Below are positions 9,475 to 19,151 of a stretch of 64,000 nt of DNA, piece after piece. Within the stretch, counting starts at the first letter, position 1. Each line of letters starts with the position of its first letter. The notes under the pieces were generated by a model, which was not told the origin of the DNA, ran no database searches, and saw only the letters and a program-made list of their open reading frames with translations. The position numbers and the translations under genes are program-made. Source of the DNA: Anaerolineales bacterium (lineage in GTDB: Bacteria > Chloroflexota > Anaerolineae > Anaerolineales > E44-bin32); NCBI GenBank assembly GCA_034430795.1, contig DAOUDJ010000222.1:5481-69480 (forward strand), written 5' to 3'.

Positions 9475-9690
9475 ATGACCGATAGCGTTTATAAAGTTAT
9501 TGAGCTTATAGGGACGAGCGAAGAATCCTGGGAGAAAGCTGCGGCAGCGGCAGTGGAGAGAGCTGGTGAGACCTTGCGGGATCTGCGGATCGCGGAAGTC
9601 ACCGATCTCGATATGCAAATAGATGACGGTAAGGTCATCACGTATCGAGCGAAGGTCAAGGTCTCCTTCAAGTTTTCGGACAAAGACTAG
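9475..9690 (+). CDS. dodecin-family flavin-binding protein
   Basis: 71 aa. 'VYKVIELIGTSEESWEKAAAAAVERA...LRIAEV...DGKVITYRAKVKVSFK' is the canonical dodecin sequence pattern. SD 'gaaggga' upstream. Confidence 0.85.
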   Translation: MTDSVYKVIELIGTSEESWEKAAAAAVERAGETLRDLRIAEVTDLDMQIDDGKVITYRAKVKVSFKFSDKD

Positions 9691-9804
9691 CCGCGTCTAA
9701 CCAAGGAAATAAGCGGGAAGTTAATAAGTCCTCCTTCTGGCAAGCTGCGCATAGCCAATAATCCAGGCCTAAATTAGGCATCGGTTTTCTATTCACACAT
9801 CATA

Positions 9805-9824
9805 AACCGATAGTTTTATCGGTT
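9805..9824 (+). terminator. AT-rich hairpin downstream of dodecin (weak terminator candidate)
   Basis: AACCGATA-gttt-TATCGGTT perfect 8-bp stem, followed by 'aattctttt'. Confidence 0.3.
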
Positions 9825-9895
9825 AATTCTTTTGTAGAGACAGCATCTCAATCTGAGATTGATTGCACCACCTAAACTTTAAGAAGGAGAAGTAT

Positions 9896-11728
9896 ATGTC
9901 GCCGGAGAAAGATCTCGGAATATTGCCACACTGGGAATTGAGCAACATCTACCCGGATCTCGAATCAAACGAGTTGGATGGTGCCGTAGAAGACCTGCGA
10001 ATGCGTATCAAGCAGCTCGATCAATTTCTTGAAAAGGAAAAAATCTCCCTTCAAGGGGGTATCCCATCATCGATTGAACGAACGGCGATGCTTGTCGAAG
10101 AATATCTTCAAACGACGAATGATATTCTCGCTTTGGCAGGAACTATAGAAGCTTTTTTATACGGATATATTTCAACGGATTCTTTCAATACGCTGGCGAA
10201 ACGTAAAGAATCAGAACTTGAGAGAATCACTGTTCAAATACACAACCAGGAAGTTCTCTTTAAAGGTTGGCTTGGGGAAGTGGTCAAACAGGGGACCGAT
10301 CTTGGCAGTCTCATTGCCGCCAACCCGGCTGTGCAGGACCACGATTTCTTCCTCCAGGAAACGGTAGAACAAAGCAAATATCTCATGTCAGATAAAGAAG
10401 AAGCGCTGGCTTCGAAGCTTTCGTTGAGTGGCGCGAGCGCCTGGCAGAAGCTGCAGGGGACGGTTACGTCGCAGATAAGCGTGTCCTTCGAGCGCGAAGG
10501 GATGGTCGAGGATGTTCCGATTGCCTCGCTGCAGAACATCCGTAAGTATGATCCCGACGAACAAACACGGCGAAGAGCCTTCGAGGCTGAGATCAAAGCC
10601 TGGGAGAGCGTGCGTGAACCTCTGGCATCCTGCATGAATGGGGTAAAAGGCACGGTGCTCACTCTAAATCAACGGCGCGGACGCGAGGATGCTCTCCATG
10701 AGGTGTTGGATCAAGCAAGGATCGATCGAGAGACATTGCAGGCGATGCTTGGCGTTATGAAGGAATCCTTCCCAACTTTCCGCCGTTACTTTAAGGCTAA
10801 AGCGAAAAGAATGGGGAAAGATGCGCTTGCATGGTGGGACCTGTTCGCCCCAGTTGGGGATTATGAGCGGAGCTTCACCTTCGAGGAAGCAAGAATCTTT
10901 ATTGTTGATAACTTCGCCAGTTTCAGCCCGCGATTGTCAGAATTCACTCAGAAGGCTTTTGAACAGCGTTGGATTGATGCTGAACCTCGAAAGGGAAAAC
11001 AAGGGGGCGCCTTTTGCATTGAAATCCCGCTTCTTGAAGAATCCCGCATCTTAGCTAATTATGAAGGCTCGTTGGATCAGCTATCTACGCTTGCGCACGA
11101 ACTCGGACATGCTTTCCACAACGAATGCCAGTGGGGTCTAACGGAACTGCAGCGCATCACTCCTATGACCCTCGCAGAAACCGCATCGATTTTCAGTGAG
11201 ACGCTTATTAGCGAGTCGGCATTAGAGCAGGCCCAAAGCAAGGAAGAAGAGCTCTCAATACTAGAGACCTCACTCGTTGGGGTTTCGGGGGTAATTGTCG
11301 ATATATACTCCCGTTACCTTTTTGAAACCGAGGTCTTCGAGAAACGCGCAGATGCCGAACTCTCTGCGGACGATTTCTGTGAGATCATGCTCCGCTGCCA
11401 GGCGGAAACGTACGCCGATGGGCTTGATGAACGATATCGACATCCGTACATGTGGGCGTGGAAGCCGCATTACTACAGCCCCTCGCGATCGTTCTATAAT
11501 TTCCCGTATGCCTTTGGACAGCTCTTCGGGTTGGGGTTGTATGCCCTTTACCAGGAACGGGGTGAGGATTTCATCCCAGACTATGAGAATCTCCTGCGTA
11601 ATACAGGCATGGGAAATGCCGCAGATCTCGCGGCGCGGTTCGACATCGATCTGCGCAGTCCGGCATTCTGGAAGAGCAGCATGGAAGTCATCGAAGCGAG
11701 GGTGGAGCGTTATATTAAGTTGGAGTGA
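9896..11728 (+). CDS. pepF: M3B oligoendopeptidase F
   Basis: About 610 aa with zinc site 'HELGHAFH' and PepF-like flanks. ATG 9896 follows SD 'aaggaga'. Confidence 0.9.
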   Translation: MSPEKDLGILPHWELSNIYPDLESNELDGAVEDLRMRIKQLDQFLEKEKISLQGGIPSSIERTAMLVEEYLQTTNDILALAGTIEAFLYGYISTDSFNTLAKRKESELERITVQIHNQEVLFKGWLGEVVKQGTDLGSLIAANPAVQDHDFFLQETVEQSKYLMSDKEEALASKLSLSGASAWQKLQGTVTSQISVSFEREGMVEDVPIASLQNIRKYDPDEQTRRRAFEAEIKAWESVREPLASCMNGVKGTVLTLNQRRGREDALHEVLDQARIDRETLQAMLGVMKESFPTFRRYFKAKAKRMGKDALAWWDLFAPVGDYERSFTFEEARIFIVDNFASFSPRLSEFTQKAFEQRWIDAEPRKGKQGGAFCIEIPLLEESRILANYEGSLDQLSTLAHELGHAFHNECQWGLTELQRITPMTLAETASIFSETLISESALEQAQSKEEELSILETSLVGVSGVIVDIYSRYLFETEVFEKRADAELSADDFCEIMLRCQAETYADGLDERYRHPYMWAWKPHYYSPSRSFYNFPYAFGQLFGLGLYALYQERGEDFIPDYENLLRNTGMGNAADLAARFDIDLRSPAFWKSSMEVIEARVERYIKLE

Positions 11729-11792
11729 TGAGCCCTTTTCGTTGTGAGGATCAACATTTAAAAATGCCCGGAATGTTCTTGGAGAAACGGAG

Positions 11793-12536
11793 ATGACAAC
11801 GATCGCTCGACATGCGGGACGTGCGGTAGATGAACTGAGACCAATTTCGATCACACCGGGCTATATCGAGTACCCGGAGGGATCGGTGCTTCTCGAGTTA
11901 GGGGACACGCGTGTGATTTGCAACGTGACGATTGAGAAAGGAGTACCCAAGTGGATGAACGCGCGTGGTTCACAGGGAGGGTGGATCACCGCCGAATATG
12001 CCATGCTCCCGCGTGCGACGCAGCAGCGAACTGCGCGCGAGGTAGGGAAGCCCAGAGCCCGCAGCCAAGAGATCCGGCGCATGATCGGTCGAAGCCTGCG
12101 TGCTGGGTTTAACTTAGAAGCACTTCCCCCCATCACCTGCATTGTCGATTGTGATGTGCTGCAAGCCGATGGCGGTACCCGAACTGCGGCGGTTACTGGA
12201 GGGTATGTCGCTCTTGCCATAGCGCTAACCGGTCTGATTGCGGAAGGTGATCCCGACCGAGAAATTTATAAATCACCGGTCGCTGCTATTAGCGTCGGGC
12301 TACTGGATGGCATTCCGATTGTAGACCTTGATTATGCTGAGGATTCGGTCGCCGAAGCGGATATTAATATCGTGATGAACGAACAAGGGGAACTCATCGA
12401 AATTCACGGGACCGCCGAGCGTGAACCCTTCACGACGAATACTTTAAATCAGATGCTTAATCTAGCAAATGGCTCGATTGGGAAACTGTTTCGGATCCAG
12501 AGGCTGTCCCTAGAAGAACTGGGATTGTCCATCTAA
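11793..12536 (+). CDS. rph: ribonuclease PH
   Basis: 'GRAVDELRPISITPGYIEYPEGSVLLELGDTRVICNVT...VLQADGGTRTAAVTGGYVAL' is canonical RNase PH. Confidence 0.95.
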   Translation: MTTIARHAGRAVDELRPISITPGYIEYPEGSVLLELGDTRVICNVTIEKGVPKWMNARGSQGGWITAEYAMLPRATQQRTAREVGKPRARSQEIRRMIGRSLRAGFNLEALPPITCIVDCDVLQADGGTRTAAVTGGYVALAIALTGLIAEGDPDREIYKSPVAAISVGLLDGIPIVDLDYAEDSVAEADINIVMNEQGELIEIHGTAEREPFTTNTLNQMLNLANGSIGKLFRIQRLSLEELGLSI

Positions 12537-12559
12537 CGATAGAAGGTTAATGATTCATC

Positions 12560-12602
12560 GAGAACCCGGAGACAAAGTTCGTCCCGGGTTCTCCTTTTAT
12601 TT
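12560..12602 (+). terminator. rho-independent terminator of rph
   Basis: 10-bp stem GAGAACCCGG / CCGGGTTCTC (12560-12569 / 12584-12593) followed by 'cttttattt'. Confidence 0.7.
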
Positions 12603-12738
12603 CGGGTCTCCCCCGAATGCAGCGGAACGTCTGCGGGGCCTTTCTGGCATTGGTTATACATCCGAATGAAGGAGTGTGGGGAAGCGAGGGGAGGAGGCGA
12701 TATTTGTCTGCCGAAGTCTCACTCAGTTTGAGGGGCGA

Positions 12739-13728
12739 TCAAGTTTTTATGAATCGGCTGAGATCGGGAAAGATCAGGTTCTCTGTTTTGCCACGAAGTA
12801 GCGCTGGCCGATTGGCAGCCTCGAAGTTGCGGTGTACTTCACGAAGCGCTCGCACTTGCCATGAAGGCGGGTCTTGCGAGAAAACAGCCAGACTTACTGT
12901 GAATGCACCGGGGATGAGGACTAGGGTTTCACCACTGTCAGATGTAGTGGCGAAGAGCCTTCCATCAGGGGATTCGTCCTCGCTATTGCTGAAGGTGCCC
13001 AGAAGCGCCATCGCATCCTCAGCTGATTCGGGCATTACACCGTCAACGAAGATGCGTTTTTTAGATTGAAGATCATACAGGCCAACGCTATAGCATGCAG
13101 CCTCATTCAGTTGTAGTAAGAAGCGAGTCTTGCCTTCCTCCAGGACCATCTGCCAGCGGTTGCTGTCAGGATAGGTCTGGCGCATGCGTAGAGCGACTTC
13201 GCGTTGCCCCATATAGTGGCGGTAAATGGCGCGATATTGCGATGCGTTAATGCGCCCTTGTTGAAAATCTTGCTCAAGACGAGCGATCTTACCGTCAAGC
13301 GCTCCCAATCGACGACGGAGTTCTGGGTCGTCGATATCTTCTATGGAAGGTTCTTCCGCGATAACTTCAGCAACACTCTCTTCAATGACGGGGGTTGGAC
13401 TCTTTACATCCTCTGGTAGCGGAGCGGAGTCATCGTGAACATCACCGATGAAGGGGGAAGCTTGAATTCCTCCCATGGAATCGATCTTACCCTCTTGTTC
13501 TCGCAGAAGTTCTCGAACCGCGCGCAGTTGGCCGGCGCTAATCAGCCCATCGCAGAATGCGATGGCCGCCGAGAGCATGCGTTCCTGCGCGCGCTCTAGG
13601 CGTTCTAACGCGGCCAGATATTCGGTATCTTGTTGCGCTGCTGGCTGCACAATTGTCTCTTTAGGAGGCACTTCGACCTCTTCTTGGTGTGAGCGAGCAG
13701 CGGCGGTTACATTTGAAGTACTCGCCAT
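12739..13728 (-). CDS. acidic coiled-coil protein with roadblock/LC7-like C-terminal domain (hypothetical)
   Basis: 329-aa ORF. Two similar helices 'GLISAGQLRAVRELL' and 'GRINASQYRAIYRHY', an acidic linker, and a C-terminal alpha/beta region. The overlapping + strand ORF 12617..13069 is Arg/Ser-rich and was rejected. Confidence 0.55.
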   Translation of the reverse strand: MASTSNVTAAARSHQEEVEVPPKETIVQPAAQQDTEYLAALERLERAQERMLSAAIAFCDGLISAGQLRAVRELLREQEGKIDSMGGIQASPFIGDVHDDSAPLPEDVKSPTPVIEESVAEVIAEEPSIEDIDDPELRRRLGALDGKIARLEQDFQQGRINASQYRAIYRHYMGQREVALRMRQTYPDSNRWQMVLEEGKTRFLLQLNEAACYSVGLYDLQSKKRIFVDGVMPESAEDAMALLGTFSNSEDESPDGRLFATTSDSGETLVLIPGAFTVSLAVFSQDPPSWQVRALREVHRNFEAANRPALLRGKTENLIFPDLSRFIKT

Positions 13729-13921
13729 ATATGAGCATCATAGCATGATGTCGGTGAAGACATAGAGAGGAAAGATGTACCAATCGAAAACCTCATGTTT
13801 CCACGAATTTCGATGAGATGGTTCGCAATGCATGGTCTGCGGTATACTCATCCGGGTTAATATTATGCAACTCTTATGCCAGGGAGCCCGAAGGGGGCAC
13901 TCCGAGAATCTAACCGTTATC

Positions 13922-14413
13922 ATGAGACAGTTGATAATCGGATCGCTGCCGATCGCTCTCATGTTCCTAGTGAGCGCATGTGGGGCGGGCATGGGAGGAT
14001 CCTCCACCCAGTCTAGCGATGCAGTGCTCGCTACAGCGTATGCAAAAGCCGAGCTGACAAAGCAGGCGACTTTTCAGACTCCACCGCCGGCACCTGTCAC
14101 GCCCTCGCCAATACCACCGTTAGAGAGCCCAACCCCAACCGTGACAGTAACCCCTACTATTGGTCAGCCTGTGGTAACGGCGAATTACAATGCGTATGTT
14201 CGCTCTGGGCCGGATGAGAGTTACGACAGTATCGATTTCTTTTTAACGGGGCAGCGGGCGTTCATCGAAGGGCGTAATGAAAACGGGACAAATGGTACCT
14301 GGTGGTACATCCGACGGATCGATGAGGGCAAGGATGGCTGGGTCTGGAGCGGGGCGGTAACGCTCGCGGGCGACGCCTCTGGTGTGGCTATCTTGGAAGC
14401 GCCGCCGCAATAA
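13922..14413 (+). CDS. lipoprotein with C-terminal SH3b-like domain
   Basis: ATG 13922 gives a signal peptide plus lipobox 'VSAC', then a Pro/Thr linker. 'ANYNAYVRSGPDESYDSI...GWVWSGAVTL' is SH3b-like. Confidence 0.6.
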   Translation: MRQLIIGSLPIALMFLVSACGAGMGGSSTQSSDAVLATAYAKAELTKQATFQTPPPAPVTPSPIPPLESPTPTVTVTPTIGQPVVTANYNAYVRSGPDESYDSIDFFLTGQRAFIEGRNENGTNGTWWYIRRIDEGKDGWVWSGAVTLAGDASGVAILEAPPQ

Positions 14414-14448
14414 TCGCGATCCCATAAGTCAGGTATATAGTAAAAATA

Positions 14449-14483
14449 ATCTCCCGTAAGATGAATATCCGGGAGATTTTTGT
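14449..14483. terminator. bidirectional rho-independent terminator between convergent genes
   Basis: ATCTCCCG / CGGGAGAT stem flanked by an A-run upstream and a T-run downstream (aaaaataATCTCCCG...CGGGAGATttttgtt). Confidence 0.65.
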
Positions 14484-14557
14484 TCTTGATTATGGATGCG
14501 CAACGGAGCAGATTTACTTCAGGCAGTTTTCGTATCTGCCTCTAGCGGGGGAAAGCT

Positions 14558-16081
14558 TCATCCCACGAATTTTATCCCCTGTGCTAAGGGGAGGTCGTCG
14601 GAGAAGTTGATCGTATTTGTCTGACGTCGCATGTAGGTTTTCCAAGCATCAGACCCAGATTCACGGCCTCCGCCAGTTTCCTTCTCGCCGCCAAAGGCAC
14701 CGCCGATCTCGGCGCCTGAAGTCCCGATATTCACATTTGCAATCCCGCAATCCGAGCCGCTGCAGGAGAGGAAAGCCTCAGCTTTACGCATACTCTCGGT
14801 GAAGATCGCGCTCGACAAACCCTGGGGGACGTCATTATGGAGTCGGATTGCGCCATCCAGATCATCAACTTCCATGAGATAAAGGATTGGCGCGAAGGTC
14901 TCCTGTTTCACAATCTCTGTCTGATTGGGCATTTTAACGATCGTTGGCTGAACGAAATTCGGTCCCTTATCGGGGAGCATCTTGCCGCCGAAAATGACCT
15001 TACCGCCATCCTCTTTCGCTTGTTCAAGCGCTTCGAACATCTCTTCAACAGCATCCGAAGTGATGAGTGGCCCCATGATTGTGGTGTCGTCGAGCGGGTC
15101 CCCAATGCGGACTTGCTTGTACGCATCGACCAAGCGCTGTGTAAGGTCATCGGCTATGTCGTGATGCATGATAATTCGCCGGGTGCTAGTGCAGCGCTGG
15201 CCGGCCGTTCCAACCGCGCCGAATAGTATCGCACGTACAGCGAGATCCAGATCTGCGTCCTCGGCAACGATGATGGCGTTGTTTCCGCCAAGCTCTAGGA
15301 TTGTTCGACCAAACCGGCGAGCTACAGTCTCGGCGACATGACGCCCGACTTCTGTTGAGCCGGTAAATGAAACGAGAGGGATATTCGGGTCATTCAACAG
15401 AAGCTCGCCTACGTCCCGGCCTGATCCGATCACGAGACTAAAGAGCCCATCCAGGTTGTTGTCAGCCATGACCCGGTTAACGATGTGTTGGATGGCAATC
15501 GCGGTAAGCGGTGTGGAGGATGAAGGTTTCCATAGGGTGGGATCACCCGCTACTGCGGCGATAGCCGAGTTCCACGCCCATACTGCAACCGGGAAATTAA
15601 AAGAGCTGATGACGCCTACAACGCCTAATGGGTGCCACTGCTCATACATCCGATGATAAGATCGCTCGGAGTGCATGGACAAACCATAGAGTTGGCGTGA
15701 AAGCCCAACAGCGAAGTCGCAGATGTCGATCATTTCCTGGACTTCACCGCGACCTTCGGCGCGTATCTTTCCCATCTCGAGGCTGACAAGGTCGCCCAGA
15801 GGATCTTTATATTCGCGAAGTGCATTCCCCAGATCGCGAACGACGAGACCTCGCTTCGGGGCCGGGACCTCTCGCCAAGATTGAAATACATCTGCAGCCT
15901 TTGTGGAGACTTCCTTGTAGACCTCCGGGGTAGCTTGGATGACGGTCGCGATCTCCTCGCCTGTGGTCGGGTTGTAGGAAACGAGTTGTTTCCCTTTTGG
16001 ATCTTTAATCCAACCATCGGGCCCTGTGCATGCCCCGGCGTTTATCTCTTCAATTCCCAATTTCTCTAGAAGTGCTTTCAT
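14558..16081 (-). CDS. ALDH7-type aldehyde dehydrogenase (alpha-aminoadipic semialdehyde / piperideine-6-carboxylate dehydrogenase-like)
   Basis: 507 aa. The N-terminus 'LLEKLGIEEINAGACTG...SYNPTTGEEIA' is typical of ALDH7/antiquitin. Catalytic 'ELGGNNA' and 'GTAGQRCTSTRR' motifs present. Confidence 0.88.
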   Translation of the reverse strand: MKALLEKLGIEEINAGACTGPDGWIKDPKGKQLVSYNPTTGEEIATVIQATPEVYKEVSTKAADVFQSWREVPAPKRGLVVRDLGNALREYKDPLGDLVSLEMGKIRAEGRGEVQEMIDICDFAVGLSRQLYGLSMHSERSYHRMYEQWHPLGVVGVISSFNFPVAVWAWNSAIAAVAGDPTLWKPSSSTPLTAIAIQHIVNRVMADNNLDGLFSLVIGSGRDVGELLLNDPNIPLVSFTGSTEVGRHVAETVARRFGRTILELGGNNAIIVAEDADLDLAVRAILFGAVGTAGQRCTSTRRIIMHHDIADDLTQRLVDAYKQVRIGDPLDDTTIMGPLITSDAVEEMFEALEQAKEDGGKVIFGGKMLPDKGPNFVQPTIVKMPNQTEIVKQETFAPILYLMEVDDLDGAIRLHNDVPQGLSSAIFTESMRKAEAFLSCSGSDCGIANVNIGTSGAEIGGAFGGEKETGGGRESGSDAWKTYMRRQTNTINFSDDLPLAQGIKFVG

Positions 16082-16151
16082 ATTTGTGTCTCCTGATTAA
16101 GTCTATCGCAATAAGTTAGATCAGAAGCTTAGAAGGTGATTAATGCTGGAG

Positions 16152-16186
16152 GAAAAAAGCGTTTAACAGGCGGGAAACCGCCAACG
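16152..16186 (-). terminator. candidate terminator between the 178-aa membrane gene and the ALDH gene
   Basis: On the minus strand: CGTTGGCGG-tttc-CCGCC-tgtt-AACG followed by 'cttttttcc'. Imperfect stem. Confidence 0.4.
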
Positions 16187-16214
16187 GTCCATTGTCTGGC
16201 GCTTTATTGCGTGG

Positions 16215-16751
16215 TTAGAATACTTGGGTTAAGAGCCTGGTAAGTGCAATCGCAAGCCAGGCCACGATCGACCAATACACGATGTATTCGAAGAATGAAA
16301 AAATAAACACTGGGCCAGGATCGAGCGCATTAAATAAGGGTACCTTTTCGAGGATTCGCAGACCATAAACCCCAATCAGATGTTCCACCAGACCTTCTAT
16401 CCCTCCAAGAAGAATGAACACCAATACTGGGAGCGTATTAAAACTGGTAGCCAGGAACCACATGACGAAGGCGAAGACGGCATATGTGAAAATGTTTAGG
16501 GGTGCGAACGGGCGAACCCAGCTGGGATAGAAGTGCTGGTAGTACATCTCCCAGAATGTCCTGAAGGCGATGATACTTAACCCCCCCCAAAAAATTCCAG
16601 AGGATACGATGATTGCACGCGGCGATCGCAAGAAATCGGCATCCGGGTAAAGGAAGAGCAGGGGAAGCAGCAGCAGAATGCCGATGATGGCAAACACTGC
16701 AGTGCTTCCCCAGATATCTTTGTTCGTTACAGGGTAATTCGTTGGATCCAT
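16215..16751 (-). CDS. membrane protein, unknown family
   Basis: 178-aa ORF with five to six hydrophobic helices rich in aromatic residues. Confidence 0.55.
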   Translation of the reverse strand: MDPTNYPVTNKDIWGSTAVFAIIGILLLLPLLFLYPDADFLRSPRAIIVSSGIFWGGLSIIAFRTFWEMYYQHFYPSWVRPFAPLNIFTYAVFAFVMWFLATSFNTLPVLVFILLGGIEGLVEHLIGVYGLRILEKVPLFNALDPGPVFIFSFFEYIVYWSIVAWLAIALTRLLTQVF

Positions 16752-16836
16752 GGCTTCTTATCGTTGGATCTTTTCGTTTCTAACCCAAAAGGGAGATTGC
16801 GGTCCGGAGTCACCACATGCCCGTTGAGAAGGGTCG

Positions 16837-18105
16837 CTATTTATGGTGGAGATGGTTAGCGGCGATGAAGGAGAGCCCATTCTCCGTCAGAGCCCAGGCG
16901 GTCTTGTTTAGTGAGTCGAGCTTGTCGCTGAAATTTAACGTCATATTGTCCCAATCGCCTGTTTCGATGATCTCATCCTTGTCGCGGAAGTAATCCAAGA
17001 TGTCGCTCGGGTAATCTCGTTCGCTGTCGATTTCGGGATCGGCTCCTTCATGCTTGGCGGATATGTTGGCAACATGATCGGCGATCTCGATCAGTTCATC
17101 GCGCCTGTTGTATGGCTGCCGGACGATGCTCTTATAGGTTTCAACGATGTGGTGCTCGTACCGAACGATATCCTCAAAACCCAAGTCTTTCCTGAATTGG
17201 GCTGTGATTTCCATCGTTTCATTATTGATGGAGTTGCTCCAATTGAAGCCGATCAGTGGAGTTGTCCCATCCTCGCGGTTGAAGAGCTTGGCGCCGATAA
17301 GTGTCCAAAACGCTGCGTATGGGTTGTCGTTTCCCATGAAGACCGAGATCTTGAACTCGATATCAACTCCCAACCGATGGAGAAGGTATCCGAGTAAGAC
17401 CGTTCCGGAGTTTACGTTCAAGACCTGCTGCACGCCGTAATTGGTGTAATAGTAGAGGTACTCATCCAACCACTTCAAAGCATACTCGTTGGGCTGACCA
17501 ACACCGCCGAAGTACCCCGTGATGGTTTCCGGACCGCCGAGGTGAACATTCGACCCGTCGGTCCCCTTGGTGTCAAGAGTTTCCACGTAGCTGGCGCCGA
17601 TGATTTGCATGGCGGCGGCGAAAGCCGGGAGATCCCCATCTTCTTCTTGCTCCTTCATCTTCCGCACGCGGATGAACCGGCCGGGCATCAATAAGCCCTC
17701 CGCTATCGCTCGCTTAGCAGCTAAAATCACCCAAGGGAAATACTGACAGGCGCTGATTTCGAGGGTGACTGCAAAATCGTCATTGAACGACATCTTATTG
17801 GCACGCTCGCCGAGAACTTTGTTACGGTAATCGTCGATACTGATGAAAGCGTCTTTTTCGCGCTGCTCTTCAAGCCAGTCAAGATCTTTCAGGTACTCGG
17901 GTTTGATTTTTCCGACCTTCTCGCGTAAGACAGACATCTGCCGCGCCGCCTCGGCTTTTGCATTGATTTCCTCTGGGGTGCCGTATTTGGCAACCACCGC
18001 TAAGAAATCGTTGATGATCTTCATGTCGGGATCTGCAAGGATCTGGTTTATGGCATCCAGGCGAGAAGACGGTATCTGTAGGAGAGCACGAATATCCTCG
18101 CTCAT
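16837..18105 (-). CDS. conserved-looking soluble protein of unknown function (422 aa)
   Basis: Long ORF with balanced composition and no motif I can assign. Starts 36 nt downstream of panB on the same strand. Confidence 0.7.
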   Translation of the reverse strand: MSEDIRALLQIPSSRLDAINQILADPDMKIINDFLAVVAKYGTPEEINAKAEAARQMSVLREKVGKIKPEYLKDLDWLEEQREKDAFISIDDYRNKVLGERANKMSFNDDFAVTLEISACQYFPWVILAAKRAIAEGLLMPGRFIRVRKMKEQEEDGDLPAFAAAMQIIGASYVETLDTKGTDGSNVHLGGPETITGYFGGVGQPNEYALKWLDEYLYYYTNYGVQQVLNVNSGTVLLGYLLHRLGVDIEFKISVFMGNDNPYAAFWTLIGAKLFNREDGTTPLIGFNWSNSINNETMEITAQFRKDLGFEDIVRYEHHIVETYKSIVRQPYNRRDELIEIADHVANISAKHEGADPEIDSERDYPSDILDYFRDKDEIIETGDWDNMTLNFSDKLDSLNKTAWALTENGLSFIAANHLHHK

Positions 18106-18141
18106 AGAATTTACTCCTTTTCTAAGCGTCCATCCGGTAGG

Positions 18142-19005
18142 TTAGCCCTTGATTATCTTCATCAACTCGTCATACTCTCCGTCGGAGATCCCAAACCAGT
18201 TTTCCGGTTGAGGGAAGTTTTTGCTGTGAACTTCTTTGACATACTCTTTCAAACCATCGGTGATGACCTTCCCTGCATCCGCGTAGACTTTCGCCATCCG
18301 CGGCTTGAATTTAGGGTAGAGACCGAACATATCATGGTAAATAAGCAACTGGCCGTGAGCGTCGGGACCCGAGCCCAGGCTGATATTGAAGCAGGATTCC
18401 ATTCGATCGGTGATCAATGTGCTCAGACGATCCGGGATCATCTCAAATAGGATGGCAAAGACACCCGCTTCTTCTAGGGCTTTGGCGTCGTCCATGATCT
18501 TCTTCGCCTGTACAGCGCCTTTCCCTTGCACCCGAAAACCGCCCAAAGCACTCACGCTTTGCGGAGTTAATCCCAGGTGTCCCATCACCGGGATGCCCGC
18601 GGCCAGGATGCCCTTAATCTGAGGGACGACTTCGGCTCCTCCCTCAAGTTTAATGGCATCGCAACTGGCTTCTGCCATGAACCTGCCGGCGCTGCGTATG
18701 GCTGTTTCCACACTCGGTTGATAGCTCATATAGGGCATATCGCCGATCAACCAGGCATTGGGTGAGCCGCGCCTAACCGCCTGCGTATGCCGCATCATGT
18801 CGTTCATCGTCACCGGAAGCGTTGAATCATAGCCGAGCATCGTCATGCCCAGGCTGTCGCCGACCAGGATCATGTCGACTCCTGCCTGCTCCTGGAAGTG
18901 TGCTGTCGGGTAGTCGTAGCACGTTAGCATCGTGATGGGGACGCCCTCTTCAACTTTTTTAAACAATGTTCTCAGGGTGACCTTTTTGCGATCACTCATT
19001 CTCAA
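18142..19005 (-). CDS. panB: 3-methyl-2-oxobutanoate hydroxymethyltransferase
   Basis: 'ITMLTCYDYPTA...DMILVGDSLGM...IKLEGG...VMGHLGLTPQS' is canonical PanB. Confidence 0.93.
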   Translation of the reverse strand: MRMSDRKKVTLRTLFKKVEEGVPITMLTCYDYPTAHFQEQAGVDMILVGDSLGMTMLGYDSTLPVTMNDMMRHTQAVRRGSPNAWLIGDMPYMSYQPSVETAIRSAGRFMAEASCDAIKLEGGAEVVPQIKGILAAGIPVMGHLGLTPQSVSALGGFRVQGKGAVQAKKIMDDAKALEEAGVFAILFEMIPDRLSTLITDRMESCFNISLGSGPDAHGQLLIYHDMFGLYPKFKPRMAKVYADAGKVITDGLKEYVKEVHSKNFPQPENWFGISDGEYDELMKIIKG

Positions 19006-19151
19006 CCTCCTAATAATTGAAAGTTCATTTGATTTACTGATCGGAGTTTAGAGCAATCGGAGATTGATATCAAGTTACGTCCTTCCCTGAAGTGGACGCG
19101 TTATCCCACCTAAATATTAAAGACTGATTGTCCTGATTGGGAACTTCATCG

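Noticed and set aside
11270-11854. 194-aa minus-strand ORF
   Set aside because: It is antisense to the 3' part of pepF and to the rph start. It has no motifs and an Arg/Pro-rich composition.
12617-13069. 150-aa + strand ORF
   Set aside because: It overlaps the longer 329-aa minus-strand ORF, which has internal repeats and domain-like composition. The + product is Ser/Arg-rich.
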